Assembly: GCA_964399305.1 (NCBI GenBank)
Contig: CAYNQJ010000001.1
Location: 36,415 to 100,414 of the forward strand
DNA from: an uncultured Luteolibacter sp.
GTDB lineage: Bacteria > Verrucomicrobiota > Verrucomicrobiia > Verrucomicrobiales > Akkermansiaceae
Direction: 5' to 3'
DNA: 64,000 nt
Both the position numbers and the translations under genes were made by a program. This document shows, piece by piece, positions 28,156 to 38,890 of this stretch (positions within the stretch are counted from its first letter, which is position 1; each line of letters begins with the position of its first letter). Under the pieces are notes generated by a model. The model was not told the DNA's origin. It saw only the letters and a program-made list of their open reading frames with translations, and did no database searches.

Positions 28156-29223
28156 CTAGAATGCCGCTTCAAACACCTGGAAAGAAGCGCCGAGCTGGGC
28201 CGGATGGGTGAGTGTTTGGAACTGGCGCAGGGACTTGGGATCCGGGTTTCCTTCCTGGGCCAGCAGCCAGTCGCGGGCAATGCGGGTGAGCCATGTGCCC
28301 TGGCTTTGCAGTGGGGCGGGTGTGCCGCCTAAAACCGCCGCTGCCTCGGCCACGGCTGTGAAATCGACGTGGGCGGTGATGTCGGTTTCGCCCGGGCAAA
28401 CGAGCGGGTTTTCAGCCGCGCGGTGGTTGCGGAATGTCCGTAGCGTGCCGTTGATGCGATCCGGATGATAGTAATCGGCACGTTCGAATCCATAATCGAT
28501 CCAGATCATGAGGCTTCTTCCGGACGTGAGACCGCGCACATGGGGTTCCAGGAAATCGCGGAACCTCGGCCGGATTTCGGTGCGGTACCCATCTGGAAAT
28601 GCAGTGCCCAACTTCTCCAGTGCGTCCGCCAGCCCCGGATCGTCGACCGGACGCGGGTGCCAGACAAATGACTGCGAGTCATCGAGCGCGACTTCGAGTT
28701 CGTGCCAGCGTCCGGCGCGCCATTCAACGATATGGAACGGCAGGGCATCTAACAGCTCGTTGCCGTGAATGATGCCGGGCAGGGGATCGGCGGCGAGATC
28801 CGCCGGATGTGTGACGAATCTGGTTTTACCGGGCTGGTTGCGGAGGGTTTCCCGCTGTATGGCCTGGAGTGTGGGGAGAGGCTCGCAAATTGTGTATTCG
28901 AGAACGGCGGCTGCGGCCGGATCGATGGTTTGTATTGCGGCAAGGATGTCGGCGGCGAGTCTTCCATCATGGGCGCCGCATTCGGTGATGCGCCAGCACC
29001 CGGGGGATCCGGATTCCCGCCAGTGCCGGAGGAATCGGCGGGCCAACAGGCTGCCGAACAGCGGACCCACGCTGACGTTGGTGAAAAAATCGCCGTGGCG
29101 GCCGATACGGTGGGCACCGCGGGTGTAGTAGCCGTGCTGCGGGTGGTAGAGCGCCGCTGCCATGAAATCCGGGAACGGAATCGGCCCGTGATGGCGGATT
29201 TGGCGACCCAGAACTCCGGACAA
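28156..29223 (-). CDS. SAM-dependent methyltransferase, MidA/NDUFAF7 family
   Basis: FMAAALYHP..GYY, GDFFT, ECGA..G.LA, NELLDALP, IDYG, DITAHVDF; start uncertain (TTG 29223 chosen to avoid overlap with the divergent PBP gene). Confidence 0.9.
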   Translation of the reverse strand: MSGVLGRQIRHHGPIPFPDFMAAALYHPQHGYYTRGAHRIGRHGDFFTNVSVGPLFGSLLARRFLRHWRESGSPGCWRITECGAHDGRLAADILAAIQTIDPAAAAVLEYTICEPLPTLQAIQRETLRNQPGKTRFVTHPADLAADPLPGIIHGNELLDALPFHIVEWRAGRWHELEVALDDSQSFVWHPRPVDDPGLADALEKLGTAFPDGYRTEIRPRFRDFLEPHVRGLTSGRSLMIWIDYGFERADYYHPDRINGTLRTFRNHRAAENPLVCPGETDITAHVDFTAVAEAAAVLGGTPAPLQSQGTWLTRIARDWLLAQEGNPDPKSLRQFQTLTHPAQLGASFQVFEAAF

Positions 29224-29308
29224 CGAATGGATTGCCGCAGGCCCGTCAATCGGGTAGTCCTGTGCGTGCGTGATCGCCCCGGCAGGCGATGATGAATCCG
29301 TATCCGAC

Positions 29309-31738
29309 ATGGCTAAAACTCCGAAAACGACCCACACCCAGAGCCGCCGCAGGCCATTTTACAAGCGCAAAGGGCTTTGGTTCGCGCTTGTCTCCCTTGG
29401 ATTGATGGCGGCGGGGGTGGCGTTTCTGGTGGTGGAGCGGCTTACGCAGGATTACCGCGTCCGGGCCGAGTCCGAGTATGACATGGAGCGGATCAACGAT
29501 CTGGAAATCCCCAGTTTGATCCTTGATCGCAACGGCAAGGAGATCGGGCGGATTTTCGTCCAGAACCGCAGTGTGATTCCGATCGACAAGGTGCCGGAGG
29601 TTTTCATCAACGCGTTGATGGCGGGTGAGGATTCGAGGTTCATGAACCATGGGGGAGTGGATTTCATCGGAATGGTCCGTGCTGCGAAGTTCACCGCGCA
29701 GGGGAAAGCCCAGGGCGGCAGCACGATCACCCAGCAATTGGCGCGCAATGCCTACAACCTGAAAGAGCAGGCCGTGCAACGGGGTGAGGATACGATCCAG
29801 CGCAAGCTGGTCGAGATGTTCCTCGCGATGCGGATCGAAAGGCATTACAGCAAGCGGGAGATTCTCGAGTTCTATCTGAACCGGATCTACTTCGGCAGCG
29901 GGTATTATGGAATCCGTTCGGCCTCGCTCGGCTATTTCGGCAAAGAGCCCATGGAGTTGAAAACGCACGAATGTGCCTCGTTGGTCACGTTGATCAAGAA
30001 TCCGACCGGGCGTTCGCCATTGAACAATCCGGAGGCGAATCTTGAGGGCCGCAACTACGTGCTGAAACGGATGCACGAGGAGGGTATGATCAAAAAGCGC
30101 GATATGAGGCGCTTTCAGGAGTTGCCGCTTTCGCTCAACCCCAAGCCATTGCAGCGCGGCACGACCCATCTTTACGAGCGGGTGGCGGAGGCGGTGACGG
30201 CGGCGCTGGGCGAGGATGCGCTGGCTACGGGCGGGTTCACGATCCACACCACGATTCTGGCTGAGGCACAGGAAGCGGCTTATAAAAAGCTGTTGGAAAC
30301 CCTGGCACGGGCTGAGAAACGGCCCGGCTACCGGATGCCGAAGCATGCCGATTACCGCAAGGGGGCCGCCAAACCGCCGGAATACCTGCAAGGGGCGGTT
30401 TTCATGGTGGATCACGAGACCGGCGATGTGTTGGCCCACGTGGGCGGCAGGGATTACGCCCAGGTGCCGTATGACTTCATCGAGTTGGGCAAGAAACCGC
30501 TGGGGACCGCGTTTTTTCCGTTCATCTATGCGGCGGCGATGGAGTCCGGGATGACTCCCGCCAGCATGGTTGAGGATGAGGCGATGGACAACCGCTCGGT
30601 GATGGTCGGCGGGCGCGAGGGGATTCTGGGCGAGTGGGGCATGGAGACCGCATCACCGGTCTATCAGGGGAATATCACCGCGCGCACGGCACTGGAGCAA
30701 TCCAAGATCGCCGCCACCGTGCGGTTGTCCGACCAGGTGGGCCTGCAGCGGGTGGTGGACATGGCATGTGTGTTCGGTCTGCCGATGGAAAAAGCGGAAC
30801 TGCTGCGACGCGTGGCCGTTGGGTTTGAAGAGGCGTCCCTGAAGCAACTGGTGCGGGCGATGGCGGTGTTTCCCGAAGGCGGCAAACTCGGGCCAGGGGA
30901 ATTTTTCATTCTCGAACGTGTCGTCGATGAACGTGGCAGGACCGTCTACCGCCGCGAGCACAGGCGGGTGGCTTCGCGACAAGTGATCGATCCGGCAACC
31001 GCATGGCAGGTTCACAGCATGCTGGCGGGATCGCTTGTGAGAGGCAGTGCGAAGGGGGGGCTGGAAGGGCTCTTGGAGAGTCCGTTTTATGGTGCGGCCA
31101 AAGGTGGCAGCACGCATGATTTCGGAGACTGCTGGTTTGTGGGATACAACAAGCGGGTCACCTGTGGTGTGTGGACGGGGTTTCTCAATGCCAGTGGAGA
31201 GCCGATTTATCCCGGGGCATTCAGCCGCGATCTGGCGATGCCGGTCTGGCAGGCGGCGATGAATGCCGCCGCTCCATCGTTTGGCGGCGAGGCGATCCGG
31301 GCACCGGGGAATATCGTCAAATTGCCGGTTTGCTCCGTATCCGGCCAGCGTGCGACCCAGTATTGCCAGGAGTATGCGGAGGATCCCGCAAGCGGCAGGG
31401 TGCGCGCCCGCTCGACCGGAGTGGACGAGTTTTTCAGGTCGGGCAGTGAGAATATCGCGTTTTGCAGCGTGCACTCCGGTGGGTTGGGGGAAACGCCTTC
31501 CGGGGAGATGGGCGTGCTCAACCTGCCGGCGCTTGACGTGGTGCCGGTGAGACCACTGGCCCCCGCATTGTTAGGCGATGATCCCTATCATTCCGAGCTG
31601 CCGGCGTTCGCCGCCACCAGTAGCACCCCGGGCCTGGTGCGTCGCCGGACCAACGTGCTCGACAGCCTGGACCTCGGCGACATCGAGGAGGGTATTCCGC
31701 TGCGCCGACCGAAACGTCTGGAGATCGACGACGAATGA
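29309..31738 (+). CDS. Class A penicillin-binding protein: intact transglycosylase, degenerate transpeptidase motifs
   Basis: GT51 motifs EDSRFMNHGG, GGSTITQQLARN, RKLVE, KREILEFYLN; transpeptidase motifs read GTAFFP / SKI / KGG. Confidence 0.9.
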   Translation: MAKTPKTTHTQSRRRPFYKRKGLWFALVSLGLMAAGVAFLVVERLTQDYRVRAESEYDMERINDLEIPSLILDRNGKEIGRIFVQNRSVIPIDKVPEVFINALMAGEDSRFMNHGGVDFIGMVRAAKFTAQGKAQGGSTITQQLARNAYNLKEQAVQRGEDTIQRKLVEMFLAMRIERHYSKREILEFYLNRIYFGSGYYGIRSASLGYFGKEPMELKTHECASLVTLIKNPTGRSPLNNPEANLEGRNYVLKRMHEEGMIKKRDMRRFQELPLSLNPKPLQRGTTHLYERVAEAVTAALGEDALATGGFTIHTTILAEAQEAAYKKLLETLARAEKRPGYRMPKHADYRKGAAKPPEYLQGAVFMVDHETGDVLAHVGGRDYAQVPYDFIELGKKPLGTAFFPFIYAAAMESGMTPASMVEDEAMDNRSVMVGGREGILGEWGMETASPVYQGNITARTALEQSKIAATVRLSDQVGLQRVVDMACVFGLPMEKAELLRRVAVGFEEASLKQLVRAMAVFPEGGKLGPGEFFILERVVDERGRTVYRREHRRVASRQVIDPATAWQVHSMLAGSLVRGSAKGGLEGLLESPFYGAAKGGSTHDFGDCWFVGYNKRVTCGVWTGFLNASGEPIYPGAFSRDLAMPVWQAAMNAAAPSFGGEAIRAPGNIVKLPVCSVSGQRATQYCQEYAEDPASGRVRARSTGVDEFFRSGSENIAFCSVHSGGLGETPSGEMGVLNLPALDVVPVRPLAPALLGDDPYHSELPAFAATSSTPGLVRRRTNVLDSLDLGDIEEGIPLRRPKRLEIDDE

Positions 31739-31745
31739 CGGGCGA

Positions 31746-32627
31746 TCAGGCGGTTCCGGCAAGGCGGTGGTTGAGGGCGATGGAGCGGCGCAGCGCGCGC
31801 ATCACATCCACCAGCCCGTGATGTGGTGCGGCGGCGGCGGCGCAGGCGGGGTCCCGGTTGGCATTCCGGCTGACGTAGCGTCCGATCTCCGCGTAGAGCT
31901 GGCGCATCCGGGTGTCCAGCAGTCCTGACTCTGCCCGCAGGCTTGAAATCTCCTTGTTGCCCTCGCCGATCACCTGGAACGCTGCGGATGCCTTGACGCG
32001 CCTCAATTGCTTTTGTTCGTCGAGTTTTTTGTCGAGCAAATCGATTTTAGAGTCGCCTTCCTCGAGCATCTTGCCGACCCGGATGCGCTCGGCTTTCAGT
32101 TCGGCAAAGCGGTTCTTGAGTTCCTGGAGGCGGGTTTTCACCTTGGCGGTTTCCTCGGGTAGGTTTTGTGACGTCGCGGATTCAGAGGCCAGCACTTCGA
32201 GCTTCATTTTCAATCCGGTGTAGGTGCGGCGCACGTCGCGCGCTTCGGCGACGATCCGATCGCGCTGCATCGAGTAATCCTCCATCTCCTTGAGCAAGGC
32301 AACACGCTCATTCATCAACTCCTCGCTGAACTCCGGCGTGTTGGTGAGCATTTCGGCGCGCTCCTGGTGGGCGCGGTCGAGTTTTTCCTGGCAGAGCGCC
32401 AGCTTGTTGCGGACCTCGTCACGTTCCTTGATCAGCTTGCGGAGGTTCCAGTATTCCACCGAGAGGGCCTCAATGCCATCGACACTCTGCCAGACGATGG
32501 ACCCCAAGTAGGCCTCGGACTCCCGCAGCAGGTGCATCTCGCTGGCGGCTTCCGACATGCGGATGGACTTCCGGTAGTAGCCGAAAGCTTGTGCCAGACG
32601 AGCGACGAGATAGCGGGAGGGAGTCAT
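31746..32627 (-). CDS. Hypothetical coiled-coil protein
   Basis: 293-aa E/K/L/R-rich heptad ORF, 14 nt downstream of acs. Confidence 0.75.
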   Translation of the reverse strand: MTPSRYLVARLAQAFGYYRKSIRMSEAASEMHLLRESEAYLGSIVWQSVDGIEALSVEYWNLRKLIKERDEVRNKLALCQEKLDRAHQERAEMLTNTPEFSEELMNERVALLKEMEDYSMQRDRIVAEARDVRRTYTGLKMKLEVLASESATSQNLPEETAKVKTRLQELKNRFAELKAERIRVGKMLEEGDSKIDLLDKKLDEQKQLRRVKASAAFQVIGEGNKEISSLRAESGLLDTRMRQLYAEIGRYVSRNANRDPACAAAAAPHHGLVDVMRALRRSIALNHRLAGTA

Positions 32628-32641
32628 GCGGCGGCGGGGGG

Positions 32642-34594
32642 TTATTTGGAAATCCTGCTTTGCAGGTTTTCGATGACTGAGAAATCTTCGAGTGTGGTGA
32701 CGTTGCCCGAGACCTTGCCGGTGCAGACAAGCTCCTTGAGCAGACGGCGCATGATCTTGCCTGACCGGGTTTTTGGCAAGCCCGGAGCGAAGTGCAGGTC
32801 GTCAGGCTTGGCGATGGCACCGATCATCTTGCCGACGTGGTTGCGGAGTTCCTCCCGCAGTGCTTCGGACTCGGTGAAATCGCCCTTCAGTGTGACGAAG
32901 GCGGATACTGCCTGGCCCTTCATCTCATCCGGCCGCCCAACCACGGCGGCCTCGGCCACTGCGGGATGAGCCACCAGAGCGCTCTCGATTTCCGCCGTTC
33001 CGAGCCGGTGGCCGGAGACATTGAGGACATCGTCAAGACGGCCGATGATCCAGAAATTGCCGTCCTTGTCGCGGCGCGCGCCGTCGCCGGCGGTGTAAAG
33101 GCCGGGGTAGTCGGACCAATAGGTTTTCTTGTAGCGCTCCTTGTCGCCATAGATCGTTCGGATCATCGATGGCCATGGCTTGCGGATCACGAGGCGGCCG
33201 TCCTGGTCGGCTTTGCACTCGTTTCCTGCGTCGTCGAGAATTGCGGCGTCGATTCCGAAGAACGGCAGGGTGGCGGTGCCGGCCTTGCACGGCGTGGCAC
33301 CGGGCATCGGTGAGATCAGGATGGCCCCGGTTTCGGTTTGCCACCAGGTGTCGACAATCGGGCATTTGCCTCCGCCGATGTGCTTGTGATACCAATTCCA
33401 TGCCTCGGGGTTGATCGGCTCGCCGACCGAGCCGAGCAGCCGCAATGACGAGAGATCGCAGGCGGCCGGGAAATGGTCGCCCGCCTTGATGAAGGCGCGG
33501 ATGGCGGTGGGTGCGGTGTAGAAAATCGTGACACCGTAGTCCTCGATGATTTTCCAGAAGCGTCCGAAGTCCGGGTGGTTTGGCGCGCCTTCATACATGA
33601 CCTGGGTGGCTCCGTTGGAGAGCGGCCCGTAAACGATGTAGGAATGTCCGGTGATCCAGCCGACATCAGCGGTGCACCAGTAGACATCCTCCTCGCGCAT
33701 GTCGAAGATGTATTTGCAGGTCGCGTAGGTTCCGGTTAGATAGCCGCCGGAGGTGTGCAGGATGCCTTTCGGCTTGCCGGTTGATCCGGATGTGTAGAGG
33801 ACGAACAGCGGGTGCTCGGAATCGAAGGCCTTGGCCTCGTGTTTCGAGGATGCCCATGCGACCTCGTCGTGCCACCAACTGTCACGCTTGGGCTCCATGG
33901 TCACTTCGTTGCCCGCACGTTGGGCGACGATCACGCGCTTGACGTGCTTGTATTTGGTGAGGGCCTGATCGACGACCGGCTTGAGCGCCACGATTTTGCC
34001 GCGGCGCCAGCCGCCGTCGGCGGTGATCACGGTGGTGGCTCCGGAGTCCTCAAGGCGATCGACGATTGCCTCGGAAGCGAAGCCGCCGAAGACCACATTG
34101 TGGACGGCACCGATGCGTGCGCAGGCGAGCATGGCGATGACCGCTTCCGGGATCATTGGCATGTAGATCAGGACGCGGTCGCCGGCCTTGACGCCCTTTT
34201 TTTCGAGGACATTGGCGAAGCGGCAGACTTCGCGTTGGAGTTGGCCGTAGGTGAGTGTGCGTTTGTCGCCGGGTTCGCCTTCCCAGATGATCGCCGCCTT
34301 GTTGCGGCGCGGGCCGTTGGCATGGCGGTCCACACAGTTTTCGCAGACGTTGATTTTACCGCCATCGAACCACTTGGCGAAGGGCGCTTTCCAATCGAGC
34401 GTCTTGGTCCATTTTTTCCGCCAGACGAGCTCCTTGGCTTCCCGCGCCCAGAAGTCTGCCGGCTTGTCGATCGATTCCTTGTAGAGTTTCTTGTAAGCGG
34501 CCATCGACGGGATCCGGGCCTTGGCGGAAAACTCCTTTGACGGCTTGTGGACCTTGTCCTGATCGTGTGAGGGCGTTGATTTGGATTGGCTCAT
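32642..34594 (-). CDS. acs: Acetyl-CoA synthetase (AMP-forming)
   Basis: [43 protein letters not shown]. Confidence 0.97.
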   Translation of the reverse strand: MSQSKSTPSHDQDKVHKPSKEFSAKARIPSMAAYKKLYKESIDKPADFWAREAKELVWRKKWTKTLDWKAPFAKWFDGGKINVCENCVDRHANGPRRNKAAIIWEGEPGDKRTLTYGQLQREVCRFANVLEKKGVKAGDRVLIYMPMIPEAVIAMLACARIGAVHNVVFGGFASEAIVDRLEDSGATTVITADGGWRRGKIVALKPVVDQALTKYKHVKRVIVAQRAGNEVTMEPKRDSWWHDEVAWASSKHEAKAFDSEHPLFVLYTSGSTGKPKGILHTSGGYLTGTYATCKYIFDMREEDVYWCTADVGWITGHSYIVYGPLSNGATQVMYEGAPNHPDFGRFWKIIEDYGVTIFYTAPTAIRAFIKAGDHFPAACDLSSLRLLGSVGEPINPEAWNWYHKHIGGGKCPIVDTWWQTETGAILISPMPGATPCKAGTATLPFFGIDAAILDDAGNECKADQDGRLVIRKPWPSMIRTIYGDKERYKKTYWSDYPGLYTAGDGARRDKDGNFWIIGRLDDVLNVSGHRLGTAEIESALVAHPAVAEAAVVGRPDEMKGQAVSAFVTLKGDFTESEALREELRNHVGKMIGAIAKPDDLHFAPGLPKTRSGKIMRRLLKELVCTGKVSGNVTTLEDFSVIENLQSRISK

Positions 34595-34774
34595 GGGTTG
34601 TCTGGATTGGGAAAATGACCGGATGTGTGACGCCGGGAAGCCCGGAGCCTAGCGGGTGGATCCGGATTCCGCAAGCAGCCAAAAACCAGCAAAGGAAATT
34701 GGGGTTGAAGTCGGGATGGTGGATGAATGACCCATGCCCGCAATCCGCACCTCGAATTTACCAAATTCCCTGGC

Positions 34775-35539
34775 TCAAACGCCATCCGGTCTTTTTTTTG
34801 GCGGGCGGGGCCTGGCGGCGACCTTGTCGGTGATCGCCGATTCATTGAGCAGCATGGCGATTTCCTTGTGGTTCAGGATCGCCCAACGGCCGGGCTCGAG
34901 ATCCCCGAGCCAGAGACCACCGACGCGGACGCGCAGCAGCTTGGTCACCTGATAGCCGAGGGTTTCGAACATCACACGGATCTGGCGCTTGGCACCATGG
35001 TCGAGAACGATCTTGATGCGGCGTGGTGAAAGCCGCTCGATGGCCTTGGCCTTGAGCTTTCCCTCCGGGGTGTAAACCCCTTCGAGAAACTGGTCCAGGT
35101 GGGCGTTCTCGAACGACTGGTTGGAGGTTACCAGATACTCCTTTTCGACCGACTTCGACGGGTGCATCAACTGCTGTGAAAGGTCGCCATCGTTGGTCAG
35201 GATCAGCAGCCCCTCCGAATCAAGGTCCAGGCGGCCGACATGGTGCAGGGACCGCAGCGACTCCGGCAGCAGGGTATAGATCGTATCGCGTCCGAGTTCA
35301 TCCTCTCGAGTGCAAACGAAGCCCCGGGGTTTGTGGAAGGCGACGACCACCGGGGTTTTGGGAGTGACGCGTTTGCCATCCACGCGGACGTGGTCGCCCG
35401 GGTTGATGCGGGTGCCCATGTTGATGCATGGCTCGCCATTCACATCCACGCGGCCGGACTGGATCAGCTCGTCGCATTTGCGGCGGGACCCAATGGCGCA
35501 GGAGGCAAGGAACTTGTTGAGGCGGATGCCTTCTTTCAT
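34775..35539 (-). CDS. rRNA pseudouridine synthase, RsuA/RluB family
   Basis: S4 domain RLNKFLA..GSRR, HKPRG, VGRLDLDSEGLLILTNDG, RQIRVM. Confidence 0.94.
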   Translation of the reverse strand: MKEGIRLNKFLASCAIGSRRKCDELIQSGRVDVNGEPCINMGTRINPGDHVRVDGKRVTPKTPVVVAFHKPRGFVCTREDELGRDTIYTLLPESLRSLHHVGRLDLDSEGLLILTNDGDLSQQLMHPSKSVEKEYLVTSNQSFENAHLDQFLEGVYTPEGKLKAKAIERLSPRRIKIVLDHGAKRQIRVMFETLGYQVTKLLRVRVGGLWLGDLEPGRWAILNHKEIAMLLNESAITDKVAARPRPPKKRPDGV

Positions 35540-35551
35540 GGCGATGGCTTT

Positions 35552-35587
35552 AAATACAAAAGGCGCGAAACCCGGAGGGCTCCGCGC
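35552..35587 (-). terminator. Probable intrinsic terminator after the small basic protein gene
   Basis: Minus strand GCGCGGAGCCC-TCC-GGGTTTCGCGC hairpin followed by CTTTTGTATTT. Confidence 0.6.
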
Positions 35588-35614
35588 GCAGGGAAGGGGA
35601 TGAAACCCAAGGGA

Positions 35615-35770
35615 TCAGCCCTCGTGTTTGGTCTTGGGCAGGCCGATCGGGGAACGCCCGTCTTTCCATTCGCCGCGCTCCTTGAGCAGTTTGACGCGCT
35701 CGAAACGCTTGAGAACGGAACGTTTGCCGCCGACGGTGGCGTTGGATCTGAGGCTGTTGTGCTTGGACAT
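35615..35770 (-). CDS. PVC-superphylum signature small basic protein (TIGR04137-like)
   Basis: 51 aa MSKHNSLRS...KRSVLKRFERVKLLKERGEW..GRSPIGLPKTK. Confidence 0.88.
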   Translation of the reverse strand: MSKHNSLRSNATVGGKRSVLKRFERVKLLKERGEWKDGRSPIGLPKTKHEG

Positions 35771-35965
35771 CGCGTGAGGAAGTGGTTGGTTGGATCGCGG
35801 GACGCGGAAACTACGGGCGTCCCGCGGCGATGGCAACCCGAAAATCGGGAAACTTTCAATCCCCAGGGCAGGACTGGGGATATGACCTCCTAAAAAATCA
35901 CCTCGGATTTTGACAGCCGGGGCCTCGTGGCTATCTTCCGCGCCGTCAAACCAATCCCCATCATC

Positions 35966-37810
35966 ATGAGCGAACCGACCCTCGAAAAACACAGTTTCCA
36001 GGCCGAGATCCAGCAGTTGCTCGATCTGGTGGTCCACTCACTTTACACCGACAAGGAGATTTTCCTGCGCGAGCTGATCTCGAACGCCTCGGACGCGATG
36101 GAAAAGCTCCGCCACGTCGAGGCGACCGAGAAGAACATCCATCAGCCGACGCTGCCGCTCGAGATCCACATCACCACCGATGAGGAGGCGAAGACCCTGA
36201 CGATCGCCGACCACGGGATCGGCATGTCGCATGAGGAGCTGGTGAAAAACCTCGGCACCATCGCCCATTCCGGCACCAAGGCGTTTTTGAAATCGGTCAA
36301 GGAGGGCGGGGCCGCACCGGGCAACATGATCGGCCAGTTCGGTGTCGGCTTTTACTCCGCCTTCATGGTGGCGGACAAGGTGAGTGTTTATTCGCGTTCG
36401 TGGCACGCGGATTCACCGGAGCTGGTGTGGACGAGCGACGGCCGCAGCGGATACGGGATCGAGGAAACCAGCGGCCTTGACCGCGGATCGAAGCTGGTGC
36501 TCCAGCTCAAGGAGGATTGTGCCGAATATGCCACCGAGTCGCGCGTCAGGCATTTGATCGAGACCTACAGCAACTTCGTCGGTTTTCCGATCCTGCTCAA
36601 CGGCAAGCGGATCAACGAGGTGGAGGCGCTGTGGTTGAAAAACAAGGCCGATATCACCGACGAGCAATACAAGTCGTTCTATCAGTTCGCGTGCAAGGCA
36701 TGGGATGATCCTACCTATCGCCTCCACTTCAGCGCCGACGCGCCGATCGCGATCAACGCGCTGGTGTTCGCGCCGTCGGAGAATCCCGAGCGGATGGGCT
36801 TCGGCAAGGCGGAGCCGGCGGTTTCGTTGTACAGCCGCAAGGTGCTCATCGATCCCTCGCCCAAGGATCTGCTGCCGGACTGGATGCGCTTCATGAAGGG
36901 CGTGGTGGACAGCGCGGACATCCCGCTGAACATCTCGCGCGAGACCATGCAGGACAGCGCCCTTATCCGCAAGCTGGGCAGCGTGATCAGCAAGCGGGTG
37001 ATCCGCATGTTTGAAAAAGAGGCGGAGTCCGACCCGGAAAAATACCGCGGGTTTTACCGGAAATTCGACCGGTTTTTCAAAGAGGGCGTCGTGACCGACC
37101 ACGCCAACCGCGAGGCGCTGGCGAAACTGTTGCGCTTCGAGTCATCGCTCACCGAGCCGGGGACGGTCTGCGGATTCAGCGATTACGTCGCACGCATGAA
37201 AGACGGCCAGGAGTCGATTTACTTCCTGGTGGGGGCCACCCGCGAGCAGATCGAAAGCAGCCCGTATCTCGAGGCGTTCAAGTCGCGCGGGCTGGAGGTG
37301 GTCTATTTCACCGACGCCGTGGACGAATACGTGGTGGATTCGCTGGGCACCTTTGATGGCAAAAAAATCGTTTCCGTGCGCCATGGCGGCGTTGAACTGG
37401 ATGACCGTCCGGCCGAAGGCGAGTCGCTGACCGAAGACCAGACGCGCGCGCTGTGCGATTTCATGAAGGAGGAATTCGGAGACCGTGTCACCACGGTTTC
37501 AAGCGGCAGGCGGTTGGTCGAAAACCCGGTGATCGCGCTGGTTCCGGCCGATGGCATGAGTCCGCAGATGCGGCAGATGATGAAGGCGATGGATGAGAAC
37601 TTCAAGGACGAGGTCAAAGTCGAGCTTGAGATCAACCCGCGTCATCCGTTGGTCCGCAAGCTTGCGGAGGCGAGGGAATCCAATCCGGAGCTTGCGAAAC
37701 TTGTCTCCCGCCAGTTGCTCGACAACGCATTGATCGCCGCAGGCCTGCTTGACGACGCCCGCGACACCATCAGCCGCATGAACACGCTGATGGAAAAGGC
37801 GATGGGTTGA
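35966..37810 (+). CDS. htpG: Chaperone HtpG (Hsp90)
   Basis: FQAEIQQLLDLVVHSLY..KEIFLRELISNASDA, NLGTIAHSG, IGQFGVGFYS, PLNISRE. Confidence 0.97.
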   Translation: MSEPTLEKHSFQAEIQQLLDLVVHSLYTDKEIFLRELISNASDAMEKLRHVEATEKNIHQPTLPLEIHITTDEEAKTLTIADHGIGMSHEELVKNLGTIAHSGTKAFLKSVKEGGAAPGNMIGQFGVGFYSAFMVADKVSVYSRSWHADSPELVWTSDGRSGYGIEETSGLDRGSKLVLQLKEDCAEYATESRVRHLIETYSNFVGFPILLNGKRINEVEALWLKNKADITDEQYKSFYQFACKAWDDPTYRLHFSADAPIAINALVFAPSENPERMGFGKAEPAVSLYSRKVLIDPSPKDLLPDWMRFMKGVVDSADIPLNISRETMQDSALIRKLGSVISKRVIRMFEKEAESDPEKYRGFYRKFDRFFKEGVVTDHANREALAKLLRFESSLTEPGTVCGFSDYVARMKDGQESIYFLVGATREQIESSPYLEAFKSRGLEVVYFTDAVDEYVVDSLGTFDGKKIVSVRHGGVELDDRPAEGESLTEDQTRALCDFMKEEFGDRVTTVSSGRRLVENPVIALVPADGMSPQMRQMMKAMDENFKDEVKVELEINPRHPLVRKLAEARESNPELAKLVSRQLLDNALIAAGLLDDARDTISRMNTLMEKAMG

Positions 37811-37900
37811 GCGTGGTGTTCCGGGATCCATTCACGGCGCGACGTGCCGTGATTCCGGTCTTGCTTGACGTAGACTTGGTTTCACCGCTTGCTGTGCTCG

Positions 37901-38890
37901 ATGACACAGCGTCCCATCAATATCCCGTTCCAACCCGCAAGGCTTGGGCGTTTGATTCGTCTCGCGGTTGTCGGACTGCTGTTGCTGTATGGCATGCTCG
38001 GCTGTTTTTTCACGGTTCCTGCGGAAAGCCAGGCGGTGGTGTTGCGGTTCGGCAAACCGATCAAAACCGTGGATCCCGGGCTGCATTTCAAAATTCCCTA
38101 TGGTGTTGACCAGCGGTTGCTTGTGCCGGTCAGGCGGCAGTTGAAACAGGAGTTCGGTTTCGGAACCCCGGGTGCGACCAACATCTGGCAATACAGCGAT
38201 CCCTCCGAACATGAGGCGGAAAAAAGCATGGTCACCGGTGACCTCAACGCCGTGCTCGTCGAATGGGTCGTGCAATACAGGATCGATGAACCCCGCGAAT
38301 ATCTTTTCGAAGTCCGCGAGCCGGATTCCACCCTGCGCCACTTGAGCGAGAGCGTGATGCGCGAGGTGGTGGGTGACCGGACCGTGGACGAGGTCATCAC
38401 GATCGGCCGGCAGGAGATCGAGACGCTTGCGGCTGCCAAATTGCAGCAGGCGACAAGGCATTATGCCATGGGGCTGAGGATCGACCAGGTGCAACTGATC
38501 AATGTCAACCCTCCACACCGGGTGCAGGGCAGCTTCAATGAGGTGAACCAGGCGCAGCAGGAACGTGAGCGGGCGATCAACATCGCAAATGGCGAATACA
38601 ACAAGGAGGTGCCGCGGGCGCGGGGCGAGGCCGACCGCATGATTCGTGCGGCGGAGGGATACGCCATGAAGCGCGTCAACGAAGCGGAAGGGGATGTGGC
38701 TGCGTTTGAGGCGTTGCTGGCCGAATACAGCAGGGCGCCGGCGATCACCCGTCAGCGTTTGTATTTGGAAACGATGTCACAGATCCTGCCGGAGGTTGGA
38801 AAGACCGTGATCCTCGATGAGGATGCCCGCGGCTTGCTGCCATTTCTGAATTTGAATGAAACCCAGACCATCCGCGGGGAAAAGCCATGA
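37901..38890 (+). CDS. hflK: FtsH modulator HflK
   Basis: TM anchor plus SPFH domain, AVVLRFG, MVTGDLN, PRARGEA, TRQRLYLETM. Confidence 0.93.
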   Translation: MTQRPINIPFQPARLGRLIRLAVVGLLLLYGMLGCFFTVPAESQAVVLRFGKPIKTVDPGLHFKIPYGVDQRLLVPVRRQLKQEFGFGTPGATNIWQYSDPSEHEAEKSMVTGDLNAVLVEWVVQYRIDEPREYLFEVREPDSTLRHLSESVMREVVGDRTVDEVITIGRQEIETLAAAKLQQATRHYAMGLRIDQVQLINVNPPHRVQGSFNEVNQAQQERERAINIANGEYNKEVPRARGEADRMIRAAEGYAMKRVNEAEGDVAAFEALLAEYSRAPAITRQRLYLETMSQILPEVGKTVILDEDARGLLPFLNLNETQTIRGEKP

